64,000 nucleotides of DNA from NCBI GenBank assembly GCA_903875135.1, contig CAIQUZ010000037.1, positions 19,606 to 83,605 on the forward strand, given 5' to 3'. The notes below the pieces were generated by a model. It worked only from the letters and a program-made list of their open reading frames with translations, searched no databases and was not told where the DNA came from. A program made the translations under genes and the position numbers. Source of the stretch: an uncultured beta proteobacterium. GTDB lineage: Bacteria; Pseudomonadota; Gammaproteobacteria; Burkholderiales; Burkholderiaceae. Shown one piece after another: positions 20,818 through 29,914 of this stretch; the stretch's first letter is position 1; each line of letters opens with the position of its first letter.

Positions 20818-22368
20818 CTATGATTTTTTATTTGATGGTGATTCTGAAGAGTTTTCTTGACCTGCTAGATACATCTCAATCCCTTTTACCTCAAGAGTCT
20901 TGCGATCAATCTTACCAATAGTGTTTAGTGGAAGAGCGTCAACAAAAAATACTCTGCGAGGATATTGATACGGTGGCGCACTTTTCAAGGCATGCGCTTT
21001 AATATCTTCTTCTGTGAGAGAAGAACCTTTATTTAGAACAATAAAAGTAACAGGTAAGCGATATTTAATTTCATCAGGAACTGGCACAACGACCGCTTGA
21101 GCAATTTCAGGATGACGCTCAAGCATTAATTCAACCTCTAATGGATAAATATTGTGTCCACTAGAAACAAACATATCGTCAGAGCGCCCCACGAAAAAAT
21201 ACCAACCAGCATCATCCTTTCGAAGAATATCTCCAGTGTTATACCAACCATCTTGTAATTTTTTTTGAGTTTCCGCTGGATTGTTAACATAACCATTCAT
21301 CATGCCAGGACTTTTTACATATAAAACGCCCTGCATGTCATTCTCCCCTCCCACAAATTTAAATTCATTATCAGCAATTGGCCATCCGATGGAATGGCGA
21401 GGACGAATCAAATTGCTTTTGTGATTAGATCCAAATAAGGCGGAGCTTGCTTCAGTAATGCCATAAATTTTGACAATTTCCGCTTTTGGAAATTTGATTG
21501 CTACCTGATCGATTAGTACATCAGATGCTGGTGCCCCACCTAAAGTTGCAAGTCTTACAAAACTATAATCATTACCTTCCAATAACTCTTGTTGCTGCAT
21601 CATCATGGCAAACATCGTCGGCACACCTGAAACTACGGTTGAACGATATTGTGTAATGTACTCAACATATTTTTTTGCATCAAATTTACGCATTAAAATG
21701 ACCGTTGAACCACCAACGAGAACGCACTTGATTGAATTCATGGCATGCTTATGGTACAAAGGCGCAGCCACAATCATACGATCATCAGGACAAAAGTTGC
21801 GATCACGTGAAATAGTTTCTGCGACAAAAACATGAGCACGATGAGATAGGCTAACTCCTTTAGGGCGACCAGTTGATCCAGATGTGTATGCCTGAAAAGC
21901 TTCTTGGTTATATGTTGGAGTTAAAGCCGTAAATGCACCATAGTCTTTAAATGCTTCATATCCAGTTGGACCGCTATTATCGATTTCAATCAGTTTGATA
22001 TGAGCAGGACATTTATCCCTTGTTACTGATTCGCAAAATATTAGTTGCACATCAGAATTTTTAACCATCCATTCAATATTATCTTGTGTTTGTAGAATAT
22101 TTAAAAGAACAGGCACAATTCCTGCACGCATAGAGCCAAAGAAAATCTCTAAAAATTCTGCACGATTTCCTGACAAAATACCAATCCGAGCCCCCTCTTT
22201 GAGCCCTAATTTCAATAACCCTTTTGCTACTGCATCACAGGAAGCATGGTATTGCTGATATGTAATTTCCCGTTTATTTTCCGGATTGGTTAAATCAATA
22301 ATTACCGGATACGTTTTATCGCGAAACTCTGAAGATATACAGCCTAAATTTTGTATCAACATATTCAT
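20818..22368 (-). CDS. Acyl-CoA synthetase (class I adenylate-forming)
   Basis: YTSGSTGRPKGV, APLYH, YGITEAS, YNTGD, GRSDDM, LPLNTIGKIDR. Confidence 0.93.
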   Translation of the reverse strand: MNMLIQNLGCISSEFRDKTYPVIIDLTNPENKREITYQQYHASCDAVAKGLLKLGLKEGARIGILSGNRAEFLEIFFGSMRAGIVPVLLNILQTQDNIEWMVKNSDVQLIFCESVTRDKCPAHIKLIEIDNSGPTGYEAFKDYGAFTALTPTYNQEAFQAYTSGSTGRPKGVSLSHRAHVFVAETISRDRNFCPDDRMIVAAPLYHKHAMNSIKCVLVGGSTVILMRKFDAKKYVEYITQYRSTVVSGVPTMFAMMMQQQELLEGNDYSFVRLATLGGAPASDVLIDQVAIKFPKAEIVKIYGITEASSALFGSNHKSNLIRPRHSIGWPIADNEFKFVGGENDMQGVLYVKSPGMMNGYVNNPAETQKKLQDGWYNTGDILRKDDAGWYFFVGRSDDMFVSSGHNIYPLEVELMLERHPEIAQAVVVPVPDEIKYRLPVTFIVLNKGSSLTEEDIKAHALKSAPPYQYPRRVFFVDALPLNTIGKIDRKTLEVKGIEMYLAGQENSSESPSNKKS

Positions 22369-23384
22369 ATCTCAATAATCACTTTGCCAAAAACACGTCG
22401 CTCTTCTAATAGACGTAACCCCTCAGCTGCTTGATCTAGGGGAAATACTTGATCAATAACGGGATGTATTTGTTTATCTGCCACAAATTGAAGGCATGCT
22501 CGAATATCATCGGGCACATAAGCCCTAGAACCAATGATTTCCATCTCTCTGAACCATAAAAAACGAACATCAACGGTACACAGATGATCTACAGTCGATC
22601 CACACGTAAGAATTCGACCATTGACGGCCATGCTACGTTGTGTAGGTATCCAAGTATCACCGCCCGTAAAATTGATGGCAACATCGACACCTTTTTTACC
22701 AGTCGCAACCCATACCGCTTTAGAAAAATCAGGCTCATCAGCATAGTTGATAACATGATCAGCGCCAAGAGCTTTTAATTTTTGACTTTTTTCTTCACTA
22801 CTTGTACAAGCGTAAACTTCACACCCCGCCATCTTGGCAAACTGTAAGCAAGACACCCCAACACCGCCACTTGCACCGAGAATAAGAACTTTTTCTCCGG
22901 CCTTTAACCGCCCTCGAGTAAATAACATACGATGCGAAGTACCATAGGCAATCGGTAAAGCCGCCGCTTCAATATCATTGACGCCATCTGGAATTTCAAT
23001 TAATTGACGTTGATCGACACAAATAAATTCACAAAGGCCACCGTTTCCGTTCTCTCCTAGGACACCTCCCTCAGGAAAGCGTGGGAATAAGACGACTCTC
23101 TTTCCAAGCCAATCCTTAGAAACACCTTCACCAACCTCACGCACGATACCAACAACATCCCCACCCGGAATACGCGGCATCTTCGTTGGCATATCTGGCA
23201 TGCCATGAAGGACAAATACATCCATATAGTTCAGTCCGCAGGCTTTGACCTCAACAATGGCAAAGTTTGCTTTAACCTCTGGTTTAGGCCAATGATCGAA
23301 CTTCATCTGCTCTACACCACCATGTTGCTGAATCGCAACCACTCTCATCTGATCTATCATGCTAACCCTTAAATATTGATACAT
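22365..23384 (-). CDS. Medium-chain dehydrogenase/reductase, zinc-independent quinone/enoyl reductase type (start may be ATG 23348)
   Basis: ACGLNYMD and PGGDVVG in place of the Zn-ligand C-H/GHE motifs; GASGGVG NADPH motif; C-terminal GKVII. Confidence 0.85.
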   Translation of the reverse strand: MYQYLRVSMIDQMRVVAIQQHGGVEQMKFDHWPKPEVKANFAIVEVKACGLNYMDVFVLHGMPDMPTKMPRIPGGDVVGIVREVGEGVSKDWLGKRVVLFPRFPEGGVLGENGNGGLCEFICVDQRQLIEIPDGVNDIEAAALPIAYGTSHRMLFTRGRLKAGEKVLILGASGGVGVSCLQFAKMAGCEVYACTSSEEKSQKLKALGADHVINYADEPDFSKAVWVATGKKGVDVAINFTGGDTWIPTQRSMAVNGRILTCGSTVDHLCTVDVRFLWFREMEIIGSRAYVPDDIRACLQFVADKQIHPVIDQVFPLDQAAEGLRLLEERRVFGKVIIEI

Positions 23385-23534
23385 AGAACATTCACTATGA
23401 TCTAGTCTAATATTTTGGTTTAATCAGTGCAAATCAATTAATTACGCTTATTGTTCGTTTTTTTTAATAAATAGAATCTTACTGAAGGCATTGAGCAACA
23501 GATTCAACTTATAAATATCAAATTCGAGAAATGA

Positions 23535-24443
23535 TTAATTCAAATTGCCAATTGTTTCCATCAAAACATCAAGAATTCGCTTAGTGTTTGGTGAAAATGA
23601 TCTCAGATGTCTAGTGATCAGGCAGATTTCACGATGAATCACTGGCTCAGTTAACTCCGCAAATAAAAATTCCTGCATAGGGCCTGCTTTGGCTGCCAAA
23701 GAAGGTAGTACAGAGATCTTGCCACTTAACCTCAGCATGGCATATAAGGAGGTAGTACTTGAAGCATGATCATGAGGATCTGAGTTTTGTCCAAAAGAAA
23801 TTTCAGGGTAAGTTTCCAATAAGGCTCCAATCCCTGTATCTGAAGTAAGCCCTATATATGGATGATTCGCTAAATCAGACCACTTTAAAGGTCGATTCAT
23901 TTTCGACAAGACATGATCATGAGGCATGACAACCCCGAAGACATCATGAAGAACTGGACGATAGTCTAGCTCAGGATAGTTATGCAGACGACTCGTTAAT
24001 CCAAAATCAACTTCTCCATCTAGAACTGCACGCTCAATTTTTGCTGAACCCGCATCTTGGATTGAAATATTAACGTCAGGATACTGTTGACGAAATGTAA
24101 GTAACGCAGGAGAAAGTATATGGACGGCCATAGATGGGGCAGCAGCAATCCGAATTAAGCCTTGCTGACTTTTGGAAATTGCTTGCAAATCATTCAGTGC
24201 ATTATCAAAATCACGAATTATTTTTTCAGCTACAGGCTGGAACTTAATCGCATCCTCAGTCAATTCAACCCTTCGAGTTGATCGCTCAAAGAGTTTCAGT
24301 CCAATCTCTTCCTCAAATTGCTGAATCGTCGCAGTTAATGTCGATTGAGTTTGAAATAATTGGGCAGAGGCTAAAGTAAATGAACCTGTTTTTGCAACAG
24401 CTAAAAATGAACGCAGATGACGTAAGCTAATTTTTCTGATCAT
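23535..24443 (-). CDS. LysR-family transcriptional regulator
   Basis: LRHLRSFLAVAKTGSFTLASAQLFQTQSTLTATIQQFEEEIGLKLFERSTRRVELT. Confidence 0.95.
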   Translation of the reverse strand: MIRKISLRHLRSFLAVAKTGSFTLASAQLFQTQSTLTATIQQFEEEIGLKLFERSTRRVELTEDAIKFQPVAEKIIRDFDNALNDLQAISKSQQGLIRIAAAPSMAVHILSPALLTFRQQYPDVNISIQDAGSAKIERAVLDGEVDFGLTSRLHNYPELDYRPVLHDVFGVVMPHDHVLSKMNRPLKWSDLANHPYIGLTSDTGIGALLETYPEISFGQNSDPHDHASSTTSLYAMLRLSGKISVLPSLAAKAGPMQEFLFAELTEPVIHREICLITRHLRSFSPNTKRILDVLMETIGNLN

Positions 24444-24472
24444 AGTAAAGATGGGTGCTTTGTTTCGAACAT

Positions 24473-24784
24473 TTAACCACCACCTCTTCTTGTATACAAA
24501 TCAAATCGATCCATCACTACATTGATTTTAGATATACCGATCTTATTTTTGGAAAACAAAAGCTGTACTTTTAAAGTTGGTATTGACAATAAAGCGATCT
24601 GACGCGGCTTTTGAGTTGTTGCACAAACTTTGATCATTGCTTCTGTAATTTCTTGAAACTTCTTTTGATCAATCTCGATATCAGTTAGTACGTAGAGATC
24701 ACCTAAGGCATTAGGCAACCATCTCAACAACTCTTGTTTAGTACAACCCATGTTACGGGTAATGGCAATATCGTCAGATAACAC
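24473..24784 (-). CDS. Small conserved-looking hypothetical protein closing the aor operon (AorE-like position); likely GTG start at 24784, ORF track starts at 24814
   Basis: Intact ORF starting 5 nt after the moaD-like stop; RNMGCTKQELLRWLPNALG N-terminus; ends YTRRGGG. Confidence 0.7.
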   Translation of the reverse strand: MLSDDIAITRNMGCTKQELLRWLPNALGDLYVLTDIEIDQKKFQEITEAMIKVCATTQKPRQIALLSIPTLKVQLLFSKNKIGISKINVVMDRFDLYTRRGGG

Positions 24785-24789
24785 GCGAT

Positions 24790-25044
24790 TTATCCGCCTG
24801 CTACCGGGGGACAAATAGCTAAAGCATCATCTTCTTGCAAAATGTACCCCATTCTTAGGGCTGGCTCAATATATTTACCATTCACTAAAACTAAATGCGC
24901 TGACTTCTCAGGAATTTTATAAAGATGGATCACCGTTCCAATATTGGTCCCTTCAGGAACCTCAATTAAAGACTCAACATTACTAATTTTAGAAGCTGGT
25001 AAATATTGATTCAGGCTGGCGAACAGTTTTAAGGTAACTTGCAT
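24790..25044 (-). CDS. MoaD/ThiS-family sulfur carrier (AorD-like)
   Basis: MQVTLKLFASL...LVLVNG...PPVAGG, ubiquitin-like with C-terminal GG. Confidence 0.92.
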   Translation of the reverse strand: MQVTLKLFASLNQYLPASKISNVESLIEVPEGTNIGTVIHLYKIPEKSAHLVLVNGKYIEPALRMGYILQEDDALAICPPVAGG

Positions 25045-25053
25045 TGACCTATT

Positions 25054-26319
25054 TTACGTCTTCCAAGAGGCTTGTTCCTGGCCTTTTTCTAAATAAGCTT
25101 GCATCACCTTGGTTGGATCCCCAAGAAGCTTATCTTTCCAATGACCTAATTTCACTTTAGTTTGTATTAAACCCCGCATTGCACCAATATGATCAGTCAT
25201 GCCAAGGCTTGTGGCTCCAATTAAAATATCATCTGAAAATTCTAAATGAAGATACTTATAATTTAACTCATCAACCAACTCTGCGTGCTCACCACCATCG
25301 ATACCAGCCCAAAGACCAAAAGAAGAGGAAATCAAACCTAAGGTGTCCAACACATTCACTTGGAAACTTCCAGTGCTATTCGATACTCCACCACTCATAT
25401 TCACCGCAGCGATCGTCGCCTGATCCGCAGCATTGGGCTGTATCGCGTTAATCATTCGCTGCCCTGTTGAGAAATCAATACTTTCGGTAACGTCACCTGC
25501 GGCATAGATGTCAGGAATCGAAGTCTGCATATATTCATTGACGAAAATACCTTTTTCGCAATGGATTCCAGAGCCTTTTAAAAATTCAATATTCGCTTTT
25601 ATACCTGTAGCAGAAATAATCGTATCAACAATCAATGTCTCTCCATTGGAAAGACTGACTTTTAAAGCGTCACCCTCTTTAACAATTTTTTCTACTTTGG
25701 TTTGCGTAAAGACTTTGACGCCTTTTGACTCCACCCATTTTTTGATCATTTGACCGGCCGTTTGGGTCATCATGCGAGGCACCATCCGATTTTCCATTTC
25801 GACAACCGTCAGCTGAATATCTTTACTCGCAAGCGCTTCTAAAATAATACAACCAATAAAGCCCGCACCCATTTGTAAAACTCTTGTGCCTGAGTCTGTT
25901 TTTTCATGAATATTTCTTGCATCTTCCAACGTCCAGCAAGAGTAAATACCAGGTAAGTCCATTCCTTGAATCGGTGGACGAATCGGTGTAGAACCCGTCG
26001 CAATCAGCAATTTATCATATGCAAGTTCTTGCGTTTGACCATGAAGGTCAATGGTGATTTTTTTTAACTCGGGCAAAACCGAAATAACTTTAGCCTGAAG
26101 TAACTCAATGTTCAGTTTTTTAAAGTGGTCTTGATCTTTACGTAAATAGGTTCCTGACTCTTGAATGTTGCCAATCAATAAATAAGGAATGGCCATCCTT
26201 GAATAAGGAGGCTCTGACTCTGCTCCAATCAAAATGATTTGATCATGGGGTGAGCGTTTACGAATTGTCTCCGCAGCCACAACACCTGCTGGACCATTAC
26301 CGATAATGACATGTTTCAT
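25054..26319 (-). CDS. aorC: FAD/NAD oxidoreductase subunit of AOR
   Basis: IIGNGPAG, YDKLLIATGS, MGAGFIG, IYAAGD; 421 aa, directly after aorB. Confidence 0.85.
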   Translation of the reverse strand: MKHVIIGNGPAGVVAAETIRKRSPHDQIILIGAESEPPYSRMAIPYLLIGNIQESGTYLRKDQDHFKKLNIELLQAKVISVLPELKKITIDLHGQTQELAYDKLLIATGSTPIRPPIQGMDLPGIYSCWTLEDARNIHEKTDSGTRVLQMGAGFIGCIILEALASKDIQLTVVEMENRMVPRMMTQTAGQMIKKWVESKGVKVFTQTKVEKIVKEGDALKVSLSNGETLIVDTIISATGIKANIEFLKGSGIHCEKGIFVNEYMQTSIPDIYAAGDVTESIDFSTGQRMINAIQPNAADQATIAAVNMSGGVSNSTGSFQVNVLDTLGLISSSFGLWAGIDGGEHAELVDELNYKYLHLEFSDDILIGATSLGMTDHIGAMRGLIQTKVKLGHWKDKLLGDPTKVMQAYLEKGQEQASWKT

Positions 26320-26323
26320 GAAT

Positions 26324-28171
26324 TTACAAACCTAGACGAGTTCGAGTATCCGTCTTCAGCATTCCATCATGATCCCATCCACGTAACTCATAATATTCAG
26401 GCAACATCTTCTCTAAACCACTTACAGATCCTTTGCCAGGACCTGTTTTTGCCGCCTCAGTCATGAGTCGCTTTGGCAACTTATCATCTTTACTCGTGAA
26501 ACCGGCACGATTATTAAAGTCGCGTTCCATATTCCAAATACGCTCGCCAATTGTAGTGAGATTCTCTACCGTAAATTCATCACCACATGCGGCCTGCAGT
26601 TGTGGAGCAACATCAGCTAACGTCCAAGCAAAGCTAGTGAAAATACAAATACCCGCAGAGTCAAACGCGGCAGTTGCATCTTGGAAGGCTTTGACTAAGC
26701 CGGGCTTACCAACAGTATCCGCAGGTTCAGTTTTAACAGGAATACCTAAAACTTCTGAAGCAATCGTATAGCCACGTAAATGGCATGCGCCACGATTTGA
26801 TGTGGCATAAGCTAAGCCAATGCCTTGAATCACTCGACCATCATAAGCTGGGAATTCTTGCCCCTTTACACTCATTGATAAATCTGGCTGCCCATATTTA
26901 GCGGTGAGTCTGGCTGAGCCTAATGCAATTTCTTTACCAAAGCCTTCGCCTTTAGCAGTAATCTCGACAAAATGACAGAGTGCTTGTGCAGAACCAAACT
27001 TTGCATCAATACCAAGCTGTTCTTTAGTGAGAAGGCCCATTTCGTAGAGCTCCATAACAGCGCCAACCGTTGCGCCAAACGTAATTGGATCAAAGCCATC
27101 TTCATTACAAATCATATTAGCGTATTGCAATGCCTCTAAATCATTCACACCATTGGCAGCACCAAGCGCCCAGGCCGCTTCATATTCAAGCCCACCAGAT
27201 GCGCCAAAATACTGAGGTTTATTTTGAATGGAAAAATGCGACTCATCAATTTTAGAAATTCGACCGCAGGCAATAGTACAACCAAAACAAGCCTGATTCG
27301 TTACCAACTGCGCTTTGCCATCACTCGCTCTAGGCGCTGCCATGGCTTCCGCAGAAATATCTTTAGCACCTTCGAATTGAACATCACGATGATTACGAGT
27401 TGGTAATGCGCCAACTTCATTAATCACATTCATCAGTACCTGAGTACCAAAAGTTGGCAATCCTTGACCAGTCACAGCATTGCCTGCAAGCACCGCTTTA
27501 GCGGCTTTTGTTGCAGCCATAAAAGCTTTAGGATTCTTAAAGTTACCTACTCCTTTGGTTCCTCTGACGGCAATGGCTTTAAGATTTTTGCTACCCATTA
27601 CAGCACCTACACCAGATCGACCAGCTGCACGGTGTAAATCATTAACCACAGCAGCAAATAAAACTTGGTTTTCGCCAGCACGACCAATACACGAAACACG
27701 AATTTGTGGATCCTGGTGCTTAGCTTTAATGGCTGGTTCTGTTTCCCAAACAGACTTACCCCATAAATCCGTTGCGTCGATCAAACGAACGTCATCGTCC
27801 TCGATCAATAGATATACCGGCTTTGGTGACTTGCCTTCAAAAATAACCATATCCCAACCAGCCATTTTTAGCTCTGCTCCCCAGTAACCGCCAGAGTTAG
27901 AACAGGCTATTGCGCCAGTGAGCGGTCCCTTTGTTATAACTGTGTAACGACCACCGGTAGAAGCCATCGTTCCTGTTAATGGACCAGTTGCCCAAATCAT
28001 CTTATTTTCTGGTGAAAGAGGATCAACATTAGCATCCATCTCTTCAACTAAATATTTAGTACCTAAGCCCCTTGAACCTAAATAATCTTTTGCCCATTGC
28101 ATATTGGTCGCTTCAGATTGGCAAGTACCTTGAGTAAGGTTAACGCGTAGTAATTTTCCGGCCCATGACAT
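26324..28171 (-). CDS. aorB: Tungsten-cofactor aldehyde oxidoreductase catalytic subunit
   Basis: SNSGGYWGAELKMAGWD, AAGRSGVGAVMGSKNLKAIAV, CFGCTIACGR, LEYEAAWALG, ATSNRGACH, PEYYELRGWD; 615 aa AOR family. Confidence 0.95.
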   Translation of the reverse strand: MSWAGKLLRVNLTQGTCQSEATNMQWAKDYLGSRGLGTKYLVEEMDANVDPLSPENKMIWATGPLTGTMASTGGRYTVITKGPLTGAIACSNSGGYWGAELKMAGWDMVIFEGKSPKPVYLLIEDDDVRLIDATDLWGKSVWETEPAIKAKHQDPQIRVSCIGRAGENQVLFAAVVNDLHRAAGRSGVGAVMGSKNLKAIAVRGTKGVGNFKNPKAFMAATKAAKAVLAGNAVTGQGLPTFGTQVLMNVINEVGALPTRNHRDVQFEGAKDISAEAMAAPRASDGKAQLVTNQACFGCTIACGRISKIDESHFSIQNKPQYFGASGGLEYEAAWALGAANGVNDLEALQYANMICNEDGFDPITFGATVGAVMELYEMGLLTKEQLGIDAKFGSAQALCHFVEITAKGEGFGKEIALGSARLTAKYGQPDLSMSVKGQEFPAYDGRVIQGIGLAYATSNRGACHLRGYTIASEVLGIPVKTEPADTVGKPGLVKAFQDATAAFDSAGICIFTSFAWTLADVAPQLQAACGDEFTVENLTTIGERIWNMERDFNNRAGFTSKDDKLPKRLMTEAAKTGPGKGSVSGLEKMLPEYYELRGWDHDGMLKTDTRTRLGL

Positions 28172-28204
28172 AGTGTGTTTCCTCGATGAATTCGTTAAGT
28201 TATA

Positions 28205-28678
28205 TTAAGCGTTCGTTTGATTACCTAGTTTTGCAGCCCAGGTACGCATTTTGTCTAAACCTGTCCAATCAGCATCCACATAGGTGATGGCGCCAGTTGG
28301 GCATGCATCAGCACAAGCAGGGTCTCCTCCACATAAATCACATTTTTGTACTTTGCCAGTTTCCTGAACATAATTGACTGTACCAAATGGGCAAGAAATA
28401 GTGCAGACTTTACATCCTACACAAACGTCCTCTATAACCACTTTTGCTCCAGTAGCAGCATCAATTCGGATCGCATCAACAGGACAAGCTTTTAAGCACC
28501 AAGCCTCATCACATTGTGTGCACGTATAGGGAACTTTTTTACCTGTTTCATGAAAATCAAATACCTTGATTCTGGATTTGGCAGGATTAAATACTCCGTA
28601 ATTCTCAAAACTACAAGCCATCTCGCACTGTAAACAACCAGTACATTTATCCGCATTAATATGAAGTGATTTCTGCAT
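28205..28678 (-). CDS. aorA: 4x[4Fe-4S] polyferredoxin subunit of AOR
   Basis: CTGCLQCEMAC, CTQCDEAWCLKACP, CVGCKVCTISCP, KCDLCGGDPACADACP; C-terminal helix WTGLDKMRTWAAKL. Confidence 0.9.
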   Translation of the reverse strand: MQKSLHINADKCTGCLQCEMACSFENYGVFNPAKSRIKVFDFHETGKKVPYTCTQCDEAWCLKACPVDAIRIDAATGAKVVIEDVCVGCKVCTISCPFGTVNYVQETGKVQKCDLCGGDPACADACPTGAITYVDADWTGLDKMRTWAAKLGNQTNA

Positions 28679-28741
28679 GTAAAGTCCCTAGCAATAAAAA
28701 GGTTATTGATAAGATTCTACTATTTTCTTATTTCAAGAAGG

Positions 28742-28757
28742 TTAGGGTTTTCCCTAA
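28742..28757. promoter_or_regulatory. Palindromic candidate operator TTAGGG-TTTT-CCCTAA in the aorA/bug divergent promoter
   Basis: Perfect 6-4-6 inverted repeat in an AT-rich intergenic region; regulator unknown. Confidence 0.45.
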
Positions 28758-28943
28758 AACTTAACAATTTCAACTCTCAAGTTAGACTAATTCCTTTAAT
28801 CTAGTAAATTATTTCCATAAAATCTTTTTTATTAAAAACATCATATTTAAATTAAATAAAACGCCCTCAAAAGGGTATTTAAGAGAATCTATCAACAAAA
28901 AGACTAAGTTCTTTGAAATTGAAAATATCTCCAGGAGAAAAAG

Positions 28944-29912
28944 ATGTCTCGCTATCTGTCAATAATCGGAATGTGCTTCGCTCTAGTCTTTGCAATATCT
29001 TCGCAAGCGCAAAATACGTCTTACCCAGCTCGCGCTGTCAAATTTATCGTTCCAATCACGCCTGGGGGGAGTAATGATGTCGTAGCCCGAGTAATCGCTC
29101 AAAAATTGAGTGAGCAATGGGGACAACCCGTGACAGTAGATAACCGCCCTGGTGCTGGTATGAATTTAGGTGCGGATATTGTTGCAAAGAGCCCCGCTGA
29201 TGGATATACCTGGCTACTTGGGGCAAATAATATTTTCGTCACCAACCCTCATATGGGAAAAATGCCTTTTGATGTATTCAAAGACTTTACGCCAATCAGT
29301 CAAGTCGCTTTAGTACCTTTCGTTTTAGTTGTTCATCCTTCAGTCCCAGCCAAAACCGTTACTGAATTAGTAGCTTATGCAAAGGCGAACCCAGATAAAC
29401 TCAATTTTGGTTCATCTGGAAATGGATCCCCTCAGCAACTCGCAACAGAAATGTTAAATCACGCTGCAGGTATTCAAATGCAGCATGTTCCCTATAAGGG
29501 TGCTTTGCCAGTTATTACTGATTTAATCGGCGGTCGACTTCAAGTCTTTATTGGAGCCGTGAATTCTCTACTTCCTCATATTAAAGATGGTAAGCTGCGT
29601 TTAATTGCCAGCGCTGGTGGGAAACGGATCTCATCTTTTCCAGATTTACCAACTATTGCCGAAACAATCCCTGGTGTAGAGTTAGATGTTTGGCTTGGTG
29701 TATTCATGCCAGCTGGAGTACCGAAAGATATCATCAATAAAGTGAATGGTGATATCGTTCGAGTTCTTCAACTGCCCGAGGTGAAATCAAACTTGAATGG
29801 GCAAGGTATTGAAGCAGCGCCAAGCACTCCAGAGGCACTCACCAATACCATCAAAGAGGACTATGCCCGCTGGGGTAAAGTCATTAAAGAAGCCAACATT
29901 AAAGCAGAATAA
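28944..29912 (+). CDS. Bug/TctC substrate-binding protein
   Basis: YPARAVKFIVPITPGGSND, DNRPGAG, SPADGYT, HVPYKG. Confidence 0.93.
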   Translation: MSRYLSIIGMCFALVFAISSQAQNTSYPARAVKFIVPITPGGSNDVVARVIAQKLSEQWGQPVTVDNRPGAGMNLGADIVAKSPADGYTWLLGANNIFVTNPHMGKMPFDVFKDFTPISQVALVPFVLVVHPSVPAKTVTELVAYAKANPDKLNFGSSGNGSPQQLATEMLNHAAGIQMQHVPYKGALPVITDLIGGRLQVFIGAVNSLLPHIKDGKLRLIASAGGKRISSFPDLPTIAETIPGVELDVWLGVFMPAGVPKDIINKVNGDIVRVLQLPEVKSNLNGQGIEAAPSTPEALTNTIKEDYARWGKVIKEANIKAE

Positions 29913-29914
29913 AG

